64,000 bases of DNA from Sedimentisphaerales bacterium (GTDB lineage: Bacteria > Planctomycetota > Phycisphaerae > Sedimentisphaerales > Anaerobacaceae). This document shows positions 27,155 to 36,700 of the stretch, one piece after another. A program made the translations under genes and the position numbers. How positions within the stretch are numbered: position 1 is the first letter of the stretch; each line of letters begins with the position of its first letter. The stretch lies in assembly GCA_040772485.1 (NCBI GenBank), contig JAXGYC010000010.1:1-64000 (forward strand). The letters are read 5' to 3'. The notes under the pieces were generated by a model that saw only the letters and a list, made by a program, of their open reading frames with translations, made no database searches and was not told where the DNA came from.

Positions 27155-29974
27155 ATGAGTAAGGCACTGGTTCACGTGGGCCTGGTGGCCCTGGCACTGG
27201 GATTTGTCTGCCGTCAAGCGGCTGCGGTGCCGCTCCAACAGGACGGCGGAATCGACGGAATCGTGTCGGTGGAAGCCGAGCATTTCGACGACAACGTCAT
27301 GCAGAGTAACGCCCAATGGAAGCAGGTCGGACCGACCGGCGGCTTCACCGGCCTCGCCGGCATGCAGGTCACCGGACTGGCCCAGATCAACGAGGGCTAT
27401 GCCGCCACGAGTCCCCGGCTGGACTATCAGATCAGCTTCGTCAAGACGGGCACGCACTACGTCTGGCTTCGCGGCTGGGGCAACGGCGGAGGCGACGACT
27501 CCTGCCACACCGGCCTGGACGGCGAGGAGATCGACACGTGCGACCGGATGCAGGGCTGGAACCTCAACTACACGTGGTCCAACAGCTCGATGGACGGTCC
27601 GCGATCGACCTTCGAGGTCACGAGCGTCGGCATCCACACGTTCAACCTCTGGATGCGGGAGGATGGGCTGATCATCGACAAGATCGTCCTGACGACCAAC
27701 CCGGACTATGTCCCGACCGGCGACGGCCCTGGCGAAAACCCGCGTGGCATTCCGGCGTTTGCCACCGCCCCCAGCCCGGCGGACGGCGCCGTCGATGTCC
27801 CACGAGATGTCACCCTGGCGTGGAATCCCGGACCGTCCATCGCGGCGCATGATGTGTACTTTGGAGCGGTGTTCGACGACGTGAACTCCGCTACCCGAGC
27901 CAACCCCCTCGGGGTGCTGGTCAGCCAGGGCCAGACGGCTACGACGTACGAATTGGTTCCCGACGCGCCGGGACTCGATCTGGAGACAACCTACTACTGG
28001 CGAATCGATGAAGTCAGCGCCGCCCCGGAGAGCGCCATCATCAAAGGCGGCGTCTGGAGATTCACCACCGAGCCGTTCCTCTACCCGATTGAGGACGTGA
28101 CAGCGTCGGCCTCGGGCTTTCAGGCCGATTACAGGCCCGAGAACACCATCAACGGCTCCGGACTGGACGCCGACGACCTGCACTCGGCGAACCAGGAAGA
28201 CATGTGGCTCGTCGATTCGCAACAGGCCGGACCCGTCTGGATCCAGTATGAGTTCGACCGAGTCTACAAACTCCAGGAGCTATGGGTGTGGAACTACAAC
28301 GTGATATTCGAGGCCGTCATCGGCTATGGGTTCAAGGATGTCACGATCGAGTACTCCACCGACGGTGCGGAATGGACGGCGCTGGGCGACGTTCCGTTCG
28401 CCAGGGCGCCGGCCAGCGCGGGCTATGCCCACAACACGACCGTGGACCTGGCGGGCATCGCTGCGAAGTACGTCCGTCTGACGCCCGGCAGCAACTGGGG
28501 CGGCCTGGTTGCGCAGTACGGCCTCAGCGAGGTCCGCTTCTACTACATTCCCGCCCACCCGCGCCAGCCGCAACCGGCCGACGGCCTGACCGAGGTGGAC
28601 CCCGACGTCGTCCTCACCTGGCGGGCGGGCCGAGAGGCGGCCTTTCACGAAGTCCACTTCGGTAGCGACATGGATGTGGTCGCCGACGGGACGGCCCTGA
28701 TCGATACGATCGAGGTGGCCAGATGCGACCCCGGCGCGCTCGACTTCGGAACCACATACTACTGGAAGGTCGTGGAGGTCAACGAAGCGGCCAGTCCTGC
28801 TGCATGGGAAGGCGATCTCTGGAGCTTCTCCACGAGGCGGTACGCCACCGTGGATGACTTCGAAGGCTACACCGACGACGTCGACGCGGGTACGACGATC
28901 TTCGATACCTGGCTGGACGGCTGGGTCAACGAGACCGGCTCAACGGTCGGCTACCTCAATGCTCCGTTCGCAGAGAAGACCATCGTCCATGGCGGCAAGC
29001 AGTCGATGCCCCTGGCCTACGACAATGCCGGTTCGCCCTGGTACTCTGAGACCGAGCGCGTATTCGACGCACCCCAGGACTGGACCGTCCACGGCGCCAA
29101 CACTCTGATCGTCCACTTCCAGGGACGTCCGAGCGCCTTCGTGGAGTTGGCCTCGGGTCACATCATTATGGGTGCGGCCGGCGTGGACATCTGGGAGGCG
29201 GCCGATGAGTTCCGCTTCGCTTACAAACGGCTCAACGGAGACGGCTCGATCGTCACACGTGTCGAGAGCGTGGTCGACACCGACCCCTGGGTCAAGACCG
29301 GCGTGATGATTCGCGGAAGCCTGGCCCCGGGCGCTCCGTTCGCCGCGGTCTATATGACCGGCAGCAACGGGGTCCGCTACCAGGCAAGGCTGGCCATCAA
29401 TGAGGCCGCCACAAGTGACACATCGGTCGCCACCCCGGAACAGATCGCCCTGCGCGAGCCTGTTTGGATCAAACTCGAGCGCAGCGGCAGTGTCTTCAAC
29501 GGCTACTACTCGACCGACGGCCAGAGCTGGACGGCGATGTCATGGAACCCGCAGACGATCACCATGGCTGCCGACGTCTATGTCGGCCTGGCGGCATGCA
29601 GCCACAGCGCGGGCGTTCTGACAACGGTCGAATTCTCCGGCGTACAGACAACCGGAAACGTCACCGGCGCGTGGACAGTCGAGACGATTGGCCCCGAGCA
29701 GCCGGAAGGCAATACCCCCGATAGACTCTACGCAACCGTCAAGGACGCCGCCGGCAAGACGAAGACGGTATATCATCCATCCGGCGAGGTGGCGACCCTT
29801 CTGGCCGGCTGGAACCAGTGGCAGATTTCGTTCGACGACCTGACGGGCATCGACCTCGGCAGGGTCTCCGCGATGGACATCGGCATCGGCAACCGCGACA
29901 ATCCGGCCGCGGGCGGCGCAGGCCTGATCTACATCGACGACATCGCCTTCGGCAAAGCCCCCGCGGCGGAATAG
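27155..29974 (+). CDS. Secreted F5/8-type domain protein with a CBM-like N-terminus and an inserted lectin-like domain
   Basis: AAGGAGG RBS; signal peptide; VEAEHFD; GVDIWEAADEFRFAY...GLAACSH insert. Confidence 0.8.
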   Translation: MSKALVHVGLVALALGFVCRQAAAVPLQQDGGIDGIVSVEAEHFDDNVMQSNAQWKQVGPTGGFTGLAGMQVTGLAQINEGYAATSPRLDYQISFVKTGTHYVWLRGWGNGGGDDSCHTGLDGEEIDTCDRMQGWNLNYTWSNSSMDGPRSTFEVTSVGIHTFNLWMREDGLIIDKIVLTTNPDYVPTGDGPGENPRGIPAFATAPSPADGAVDVPRDVTLAWNPGPSIAAHDVYFGAVFDDVNSATRANPLGVLVSQGQTATTYELVPDAPGLDLETTYYWRIDEVSAAPESAIIKGGVWRFTTEPFLYPIEDVTASASGFQADYRPENTINGSGLDADDLHSANQEDMWLVDSQQAGPVWIQYEFDRVYKLQELWVWNYNVIFEAVIGYGFKDVTIEYSTDGAEWTALGDVPFARAPASAGYAHNTTVDLAGIAAKYVRLTPGSNWGGLVAQYGLSEVRFYYIPAHPRQPQPADGLTEVDPDVVLTWRAGREAAFHEVHFGSDMDVVADGTALIDTIEVARCDPGALDFGTTYYWKVVEVNEAASPAAWEGDLWSFSTRRYATVDDFEGYTDDVDAGTTIFDTWLDGWVNETGSTVGYLNAPFAEKTIVHGGKQSMPLAYDNAGSPWYSETERVFDAPQDWTVHGANTLIVHFQGRPSAFVELASGHIIMGAAGVDIWEAADEFRFAYKRLNGDGSIVTRVESVVDTDPWVKTGVMIRGSLAPGAPFAAVYMTGSNGVRYQARLAINEAATSDTSVATPEQIALREPVWIKLERSGSVFNGYYSTDGQSWTAMSWNPQTITMAADVYVGLAACSHSAGVLTTVEFSGVQTTGNVTGAWTVETIGPEQPEGNTPDRLYATVKDAAGKTKTVYHPSGEVATLLAGWNQWQISFDDLTGIDLGRVSAMDIGIGNRDNPAAGGAGLIYIDDIAFGKAPAAE

Positions 29975-30008
29975 TCGGACGACCGGAGCAGGCAACCGAC
30001 ATATGTTC

Positions 30009-30050
30009 AAAGGGCTGCAATCCACAGATTGCAGCCCCTTTCCCTTTTTC
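30009..30050 (+). terminator. Rho-independent terminator
   Basis: GGGCTGCAATC-CACA-GATTGCAGCCC followed by a T-rich tail, between convergent genes. Confidence 0.8.
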
Positions 30051-30092
30051 TGCACGCCGGTCAATCCCGACTTCGGCCAGGATCGCAAGACC

Positions 30093-31328
30093 TCACTCAT
30101 GGACGTAGAAGGCGATTCCCTCATAGATGTAGACGCCGCGATGGTCTTTGAGAAACCTGTCTCTCTCCGACTCACTGATCGTGTAGAAATGGGCCGTCTT
30201 GACGTCGCTCCAGAACCGATAGACGGGCCTGGCCCCGTAGGGCTGGCGTCCCTTGGGATACGCGTAGAAACCGATGCCCTCATAGGTCCAAATCTTCTTG
30301 TACTCGCGGAGCAGCTTGTTCTTCTCGGTCTCGCTGATGGTGTAGAAATGGCTCTGTGTCACATCGGACCAGAAGCGATAGACTGGCGACAGCGACGAGG
30401 TGAACGGCGTCTTCGCCGCTTTGAAGGCGGTCCCTTCGAACGTCCAGACGTCCCAGTAGCCCTTGATCAGCTTGTCTCTCTCCGCCTTGCTGATGGTGTA
30501 GAAGTGCGACTCCGTGACGGGCGACCAGAATCGGTAGACCTCGCTGAGCCGTGGCGTCGCCAGACTGCCCGTGACCACCATGAAGTTGTCGAAATAGGCC
30601 TGGCCGGAGCTGATGGGCGTGAGGTTCGAGCCCCCTTCCAGGGCGACGGTCACGCGGCCGGCGGCCCACACGCCCCGGACGAAACCACGGACCGTCGTCC
30701 AGGCGTTGGCGGCTCCGTATCCCTTGTCGCTGAAATACAGCTCATCGAGACCGGCATTGTACGAAAGGTACAGTATCCCGTTGCTCTGGCTCCTGCTGGT
30801 GAACTGGCTTCGCGTCACCGCCTCGTCCATCGCCTCGTACCAGAAGTAGGAGAATCCCTTGTCGCTTCCGACGCCAAACGTGATGCGCTGTACGTCGCGA
30901 TCGGCGACATCGGGAACCAACACAAGCGCAAGCCAGGTGGCGTCATCCGAGGCGACGGCGTGGCGGAAATCCACCTGCAAGGAAAAATCGCGTCCGGTGT
31001 CAAGCCCCCAGTCATCGGCTACGTAGCGGGCCGACGCCCATTGGCTCTTTGACGTGCTTCGCAGTTCGAGCCGTTGGCGCGTCTCGGCCAGCCAGCAGTT
31101 GGCCAGATCGTCCGCGCCGAGCCACCACAAGGACCCGATCTGATTGTCGCTGAAGAAGTCCGAAGGCAGGCACAGATCGCCCTCGCCCGTGCCGCCACAC
31201 AGATAGTCCCCCACCGGCAGAAGTGCTTCGCTTGCGAATACGAGACCGTCGGCCTGCACCGGTGCGCCAAGGCAGATCATCGCCCACGCCACCGTCGCCC
31301 ACACCCCACAGATTCTCCGCCATTCCAT
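30093..31328 (-). CDS. Secreted protein with three C-terminal DUF5648-like repeats
   Basis: Three VYRFWS...HFYTIS..ER..L...W.YEG.AF repeats; signal peptide. Confidence 0.75.
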   Translation of the reverse strand: MEWRRICGVWATVAWAMICLGAPVQADGLVFASEALLPVGDYLCGGTGEGDLCLPSDFFSDNQIGSLWWLGADDLANCWLAETRQRLELRSTSKSQWASARYVADDWGLDTGRDFSLQVDFRHAVASDDATWLALVLVPDVADRDVQRITFGVGSDKGFSYFWYEAMDEAVTRSQFTSRSQSNGILYLSYNAGLDELYFSDKGYGAANAWTTVRGFVRGVWAAGRVTVALEGGSNLTPISSGQAYFDNFMVVTGSLATPRLSEVYRFWSPVTESHFYTISKAERDKLIKGYWDVWTFEGTAFKAAKTPFTSSLSPVYRFWSDVTQSHFYTISETEKNKLLREYKKIWTYEGIGFYAYPKGRQPYGARPVYRFWSDVKTAHFYTISESERDRFLKDHRGVYIYEGIAFYVHE

Positions 31329-31594
31329 TGTTCGTCCTCCTTGCTCCGTACTCCAACCCTTCCGTGGTTTCTCAACCTGGCGCGTTTCCTGGGACGCCGA
31401 GCCCGTTGCCGGTCACAGACCGTGCAACCGGACAGCGGGAACAGGTTGAACAATGCATCGCAATATGCAGCCGGATGTGTCCCCCGAACTTGGCCACCGT
31501 GTCCATCTCACTCGACACTCTGCATTGCCCCATACTCTACCGCAGCAAGGGCCCGGAACGCAAGCTTTTTCTGCCTGCGAATCCGCGCCCGTGT

Positions 31595-31623
31595 TTGACG
31601 CTCGGAAGGTTCCGTGCTAACAT
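31595..31623 (+). promoter_or_regulatory. sigma70-type promoter
   Basis: TTGACG-17-TAACAT with extended TG. Confidence 0.6.
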
Positions 31624-31691
31624 GCCGGTCGAGCAGTTCGGCACTCAACGGATTGAACTCGCGGCTCCAGGTCGCAGGAGGTAAGACACCG

Positions 31692-33725
31692 ATGAAACTG
31701 CAACGCCTTCAGGTGAAGAACTTCCGTTGCATCGAGGACTCGACGGAATTCACGATCTGCCCGGTAACCTGCCTGGTCGGCAAGAACGGCGCAGGCAAAA
31801 CTTCGCTCCTCGAAGCCCTTTACAAGCTCAACCCCGACGTCCGCGAGCTGGCCGCGTTCGACGTCCTCATGGAGTATCCGCGGGCGCGCCGCCGGCAGTA
31901 TCAGAGACAGTCCGGGGCCGCGCCCGACGATGCGCTGATCGCCACCTGGGAACTGGAGGATGCGGACGTCGCCCGGCTGGAGGAGATCCTCGGCGCCGGA
32001 GCGGTCCAGTCCAAAACCGTCGGGATACGCAAGGGCTACTATCCCGAGCGTCATTGGACCGGCGCGATCACGCCGGCGATCGACACGCAGGACGCTCAAG
32101 TGGAAGAAACAGGGCCTGCGGAACCCCTACCCTCTGCACCTTCCGAGGCGCAACCGCAGGAGGCCAACAACGCCTTCTACGAGCAGCACGTGGCGAAGCT
32201 GCTGCCCAAGCTGCTGTACTTCTCCGAATGGCACATGATGCAGGGCCGCATCGCAATCGACGCCCTGCTGCACCGCAAACAGAAAGGAGAGCTGACCGGG
32301 CCGGACCGGGTCTTTCTGGCCCTGCTGGAGCTGGGGGGAACCAGCGTCGAGGCCATCAGCCGCATCGAGCGGTCGGAGGAGTTGATTGCCGACCTCGAAG
32401 ACGCCGCCCGGCCGGTGACCGACGAGATCGGACGTTTCTGGACCCAGGAACGCGACCTGAGGGTCAGCTTTCACCTGTATCCGGGCCGACCGCAGGACCC
32501 GTCTCCTTTCGATCGCGGCCTCATTTTCGAGACCCGTATCGTCAACACCCGCACGAACCTGTCGCTGAACTTCGAGGAACGCAGCACCGGTTTCGTCTGG
32601 TTCTTCTCCTTCCTGGTCTGGTACGCCGACGTGCGGAAGCGCTACGGAGACAACCTCCTGATCCTGCTGGACGATCCGGGCCTCGGCCTGCACGCCAAGG
32701 CCCAGTGGGACCTGATGCGGTATGTCAACGAGCGGCTGACGCCCCACTACCAGATCCTCTACACGACGCACTCGCCGTTCATGATCGACCCCGACCGGAT
32801 GGCCTGGGTGCGAACCGTGGAGGACATCACGGACCAGACGCCCCAGGGCGAGCCGAAACCCCTGGGCACGAAGGTGGGAGACAAGGTCCTCAGCACCAAC
32901 CACGACACCCTCCTGCCCCTCCAGGCATCGTTGGGCTACCGGATCATGCAGGACATGGCCGGCGGCAAGCGATTGCTGCTGGTGGAAAAGCCCGCCGACG
33001 TGATCTACCTGAACTGGTTCTCCGCAAGGCTCGAGGAGAGCGGACGGCGTGGCCTTGACCCGGCCTGGACCGTTGTTCCGTGCGGCGACCTGGTCCGTCT
33101 GGCCACGCTGGTCGGCCTGCTTGCCAACGATGCGCGAGACTTTGCGGTGCTGTTGAGCCTCTCCGACCAAGACCCCGACGTAGTCAACCAGCGGGAACTG
33201 TCGCGGATGCTGGAGGCCTGCCGGACGCTTCCGCTGCGGCGATACGCCCGGCCGGTCGGCAGCACGATCGAAGACCTGATCGGAGCGCCCGCGTACCCGG
33301 CGCTGATCGATCTGTGCTACAGGCTGCCTCGCAGGCAGAGGCTGGCGGGCACGCTGCTGAACGCCGATGAAACGCCTATTCTCAAGACGATAGCCCTTCG
33401 CATGGACCAGCTCCGGTCGACGACGAGGTCTTTCGATCCGATGTCTCCGGCCGAGTACCTGCTCGGCATCGGCAACAGGAAAGCACGCAAGCTGCCCGGA
33501 ATCCAGGAGGCTCTGTCCCGATTCGAAAACCTCTTTGCCGACCTCGATGCCCCCGTCCGCCCGCGAAGGCAGGATCAGTCCGCCACACCCGGGGAAGGCA
33601 CACCCGCCCGCCAATTGGCCGGATCGTTGCCGTGGGCCATCGAATCGATTCGGCGCAGCGATGCGCCGCGCCCATCGGCCTCGGCGGGCCAGGGATCGAT
33701 TCCACCGGCGAAATCGTCGGGGTGA
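31692..33725 (+). CDS. OLD-like ABC-type ATPase with a TOPRIM-like C-terminal region (motifs altered)
   Basis: VKNFRCI, GKNGAGKT, ERSTGF, LLDDPG, YTTHSPF, LLVEKPAD; AGGAGG RBS. Confidence 0.85.
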   Translation: MKLQRLQVKNFRCIEDSTEFTICPVTCLVGKNGAGKTSLLEALYKLNPDVRELAAFDVLMEYPRARRRQYQRQSGAAPDDALIATWELEDADVARLEEILGAGAVQSKTVGIRKGYYPERHWTGAITPAIDTQDAQVEETGPAEPLPSAPSEAQPQEANNAFYEQHVAKLLPKLLYFSEWHMMQGRIAIDALLHRKQKGELTGPDRVFLALLELGGTSVEAISRIERSEELIADLEDAARPVTDEIGRFWTQERDLRVSFHLYPGRPQDPSPFDRGLIFETRIVNTRTNLSLNFEERSTGFVWFFSFLVWYADVRKRYGDNLLILLDDPGLGLHAKAQWDLMRYVNERLTPHYQILYTTHSPFMIDPDRMAWVRTVEDITDQTPQGEPKPLGTKVGDKVLSTNHDTLLPLQASLGYRIMQDMAGGKRLLLVEKPADVIYLNWFSARLEESGRRGLDPAWTVVPCGDLVRLATLVGLLANDARDFAVLLSLSDQDPDVVNQRELSRMLEACRTLPLRRYARPVGSTIEDLIGAPAYPALIDLCYRLPRRQRLAGTLLNADETPILKTIALRMDQLRSTTRSFDPMSPAEYLLGIGNRKARKLPGIQEALSRFENLFADLDAPVRPRRQDQSATPGEGTPARQLAGSLPWAIESIRRSDAPRPSASAGQGSIPPAKSSG

Positions 33726-36700
33726 TCGCCGTCGCTGTACGCCACGCGGTCCACGCGAATCCAGACCGATCCCGCTTGGCCCTGACCTGCGGTTGAGGCG
33801 GCGGGTTTGGCGATCTGAATCGTCTCACTGCCGTTGGCCAGCCTGCCGCCGCCCCACTGGAGGATGCGCACGCCCGCGGGCGGCGCGTACGTCGCGTTGA
33901 ATGCCGCGACGTCCTTGACGAGAAGCAGACACTGGCCCGGCTGCAACGTCACCGGCGGATCGACCGGCAGCAGCAGCTCGATGCCTGGGTCTTCCGGATC
34001 ATCCGTGAACCGCCAGGGAGCATCCTGCGCCGCATCGTACAGCGTCACAGCGATGTCGCTGACGTTGAGCAGCTCGACGTATTCGGCATCCGCCGAGCCA
34101 GCGGGGTTGTACATGATCTCGTTGATCACAACCGGGCCGACCTTCGGTTCGGCGTTCGCCCGTCCCGGCGTCGCCGCGACCAACGCCACGAAGTCGCCGG
34201 CTCCCATGCTGTCGAGGCATCGGCCCAGCGATACGCCCTGCTCCGATGCGTCGAAGTCTTGCTGTTCGCTGTAGCCGGCCCTTGCGCCGTCTGACGCGGA
34301 GTGCAGATACAGCGTCTCGCCCGTGCGGCTCAGGCCGTACGGCGTCTGGCAGCCCGGATCGGCATCGTTGCCGAAGTGCCGGTCTTTATAGAACACGATG
34401 TAGCCGCCGGGCCCCACGGTCGTTCCGCTCGCGATCCGGTATCGAGTCAGATCGTTCTCGCTGTCGCTGAGGAACCAGCCGCCGATATCGATGGTCTGAT
34501 CCGTCGTGTTGTGCAATTCGATCCAGTCGGGCTGCCCGGACTCGGGATTGGCCATCACCTCGTTGATCACCACCGAGCCGGACGCGATCGTCTCGGCGCC
34601 GTCGTCGAAGCCCGGTGAGCCGCCGGGGTGCACGCTCGGCCGCCAAGCCCGCTTCTCGCCCAAGCCATTCGGATCGACGGTCGCCGGATCGGTCACCGTC
34701 AGGGAGAACCCCTGCCCATCGGTCTGATCGTACCAGCGGTCCCCATACCGGAAGCCGTGGACGATGTGCCCGGCCGCATCCTGTAGCTCGATGTACTCGC
34801 CTCCATTGGCGAGGTTGCCGCTATACTCGCCGGCGATGGGGAAGCCCTGGCCATATCTGGCCTCGAAGAGGCCGGCATTCTCCACTACCAGCACGTACTG
34901 CCCGGGCGCCAGCTCGATGCTGGGGAACGTGAAGTCCACGCCGGCTGTGAGCCGGACAAGGTTCAGGTCGATCGTCTCGACGCCGACGTTGGTCAGCTCG
35001 ATGAACTCGGTGTTCGGATCGGCCGGGTGGTACATCAGCTCGCTGATCCGCAGATTCTCGGCCACCGGCCCAACGGCAAGAACCGCCTCGGCCAGCCCGC
35101 TCCAGGGGCTGTATTGATTGCTCGCCACCAGCACGCGGGCCTTGATCTGCGTGCTGGCGGTGACTGTGATCGGTCCGTCGTAAGTGTAGACCTCGCCGCT
35201 GACCTCGCCGGCCCCCGGCGTGGCGACATGGCCGGCCAGAAGCTCGACCGAGATCAGGAAATCGGAACTGTCCACGGAAAAATTCAGGCCGTGAATCGCC
35301 AGCACGTTGGCCCCCGCCCGCAGCAGTCCCGCTGGCAGCGAGACCTCGAAATCCTCGAAGAGCAGGGCCGCCAGATCGTCGTGGTTTCCTTCGGCGCTGG
35401 AGTTCCACGCCGGGGTGCCCGAGAACATCGTCCGCTGGACCTCGACGCCGTTGAGGTAGGCGACGAAGCCGTCGTCGTACCGCGCCCGCAGAACCATGTA
35501 GTTCAATTCGCCGGGATCGCCCGAGATGACGAACGGGATGCGGATGTAGCAGCTCGAATTGCGCCCGTACATCGGCTCGCGCACGTCGATGCTGAAGAAT
35601 TGCTCGTAGCCGGTGCTGGTCTCGAACCCGACGCCGCCGCTGCCACTGATCCAGGCGGAGTCGTCGAACGCGCTGCCGCCCCGCCAGGCGTCGCTGACTG
35701 GACCGGTCGGCACGAGCACGCGTTTCGATGCGCCCACGGGAACGAGCGTGACCGTCTCGATTGCCGCCGGCGCCGCCTGGGGCGGACGCGGGTCCGAGCC
35801 GTCCAGCGTGTAGTAGATCACACCGCTGCCGGCCGTGTTGACCAGGCTCACCTGACTGCCGGCCTCGACGTGGCCTGCCTCCGGCACGATCTGCGGCGGC
35901 GACACGAACCGGCTGTCGACCCACGTGCAGCGCCGCAACAGCCACTGCTTGAGCTGATCGATCTCGCCCTGGAAGCCGCCGTACCGGGGACCCTGGCCGG
36001 ACCACTTCTGATAGTTGCGTCCCTGCGCCTCCCAAATCTCATCGGCCATCGCATCGATCGTCGCGTCGAGACTCTCCGTGCTGAACGCGCCCCGGCGAAG
36101 CGCGAACCAGCGGTCGATGTACTTCTGCCAGAAATTGGCGTCCTCGAAGAGGCGGTCCCACCAGATGTAGCCGAGATAGTCCGTGCCGTCCCCGGTGCCG
36201 CGCCATCGCTCGGGATTGTCGTCCCGGCCGTCGGTGGAATTCAGCGCCCGGTCGAAATCCCACAGCGGTCCCATCTCCAGCTTTCCGTTGCGATTCTTGT
36301 GCAGGTGCGTGCTCAGCCGAAGCGCATCGACGTTCATCGCCAGCATGTTCAACAGGTTGTGATCGATGAACGAATCCACGTCGATGTACCTGGCGTACCC
36401 GCTGGCCGGATCGGCGAAGTTGGGCCCGTAGAGCGCATCCTCGAACGCATCGAGGTACCCGCGAATCCACGCCGACTGGGCCGTGGTGATCTCCGCCTCC
36501 TTGGGGTCCACGTAGCACAGCGTTCCATCCCCATAGGTCGGGTTGCCCCGCGCGGTGCGGAAGCCGCGGTCGCCGTCATCGGGCCGGTCGATCTTCAGCA
36601 TGTACCCGCCGCTGATCGCAGGCTCGGTGTTGTGCCAGGGTTCGAGCTCCTGGATGTCGACCCGGTCCGGGCCCCTCTTGATCTTCTCCATGAAGATGTA

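Noticed and set aside
25480..29100. Diversity-generating retroelement template/variable repeat pair between the tandem paralogs
   Set aside because: Differences are mostly synonymous rather than adenine-specific, and no reverse transcriptase is in the window
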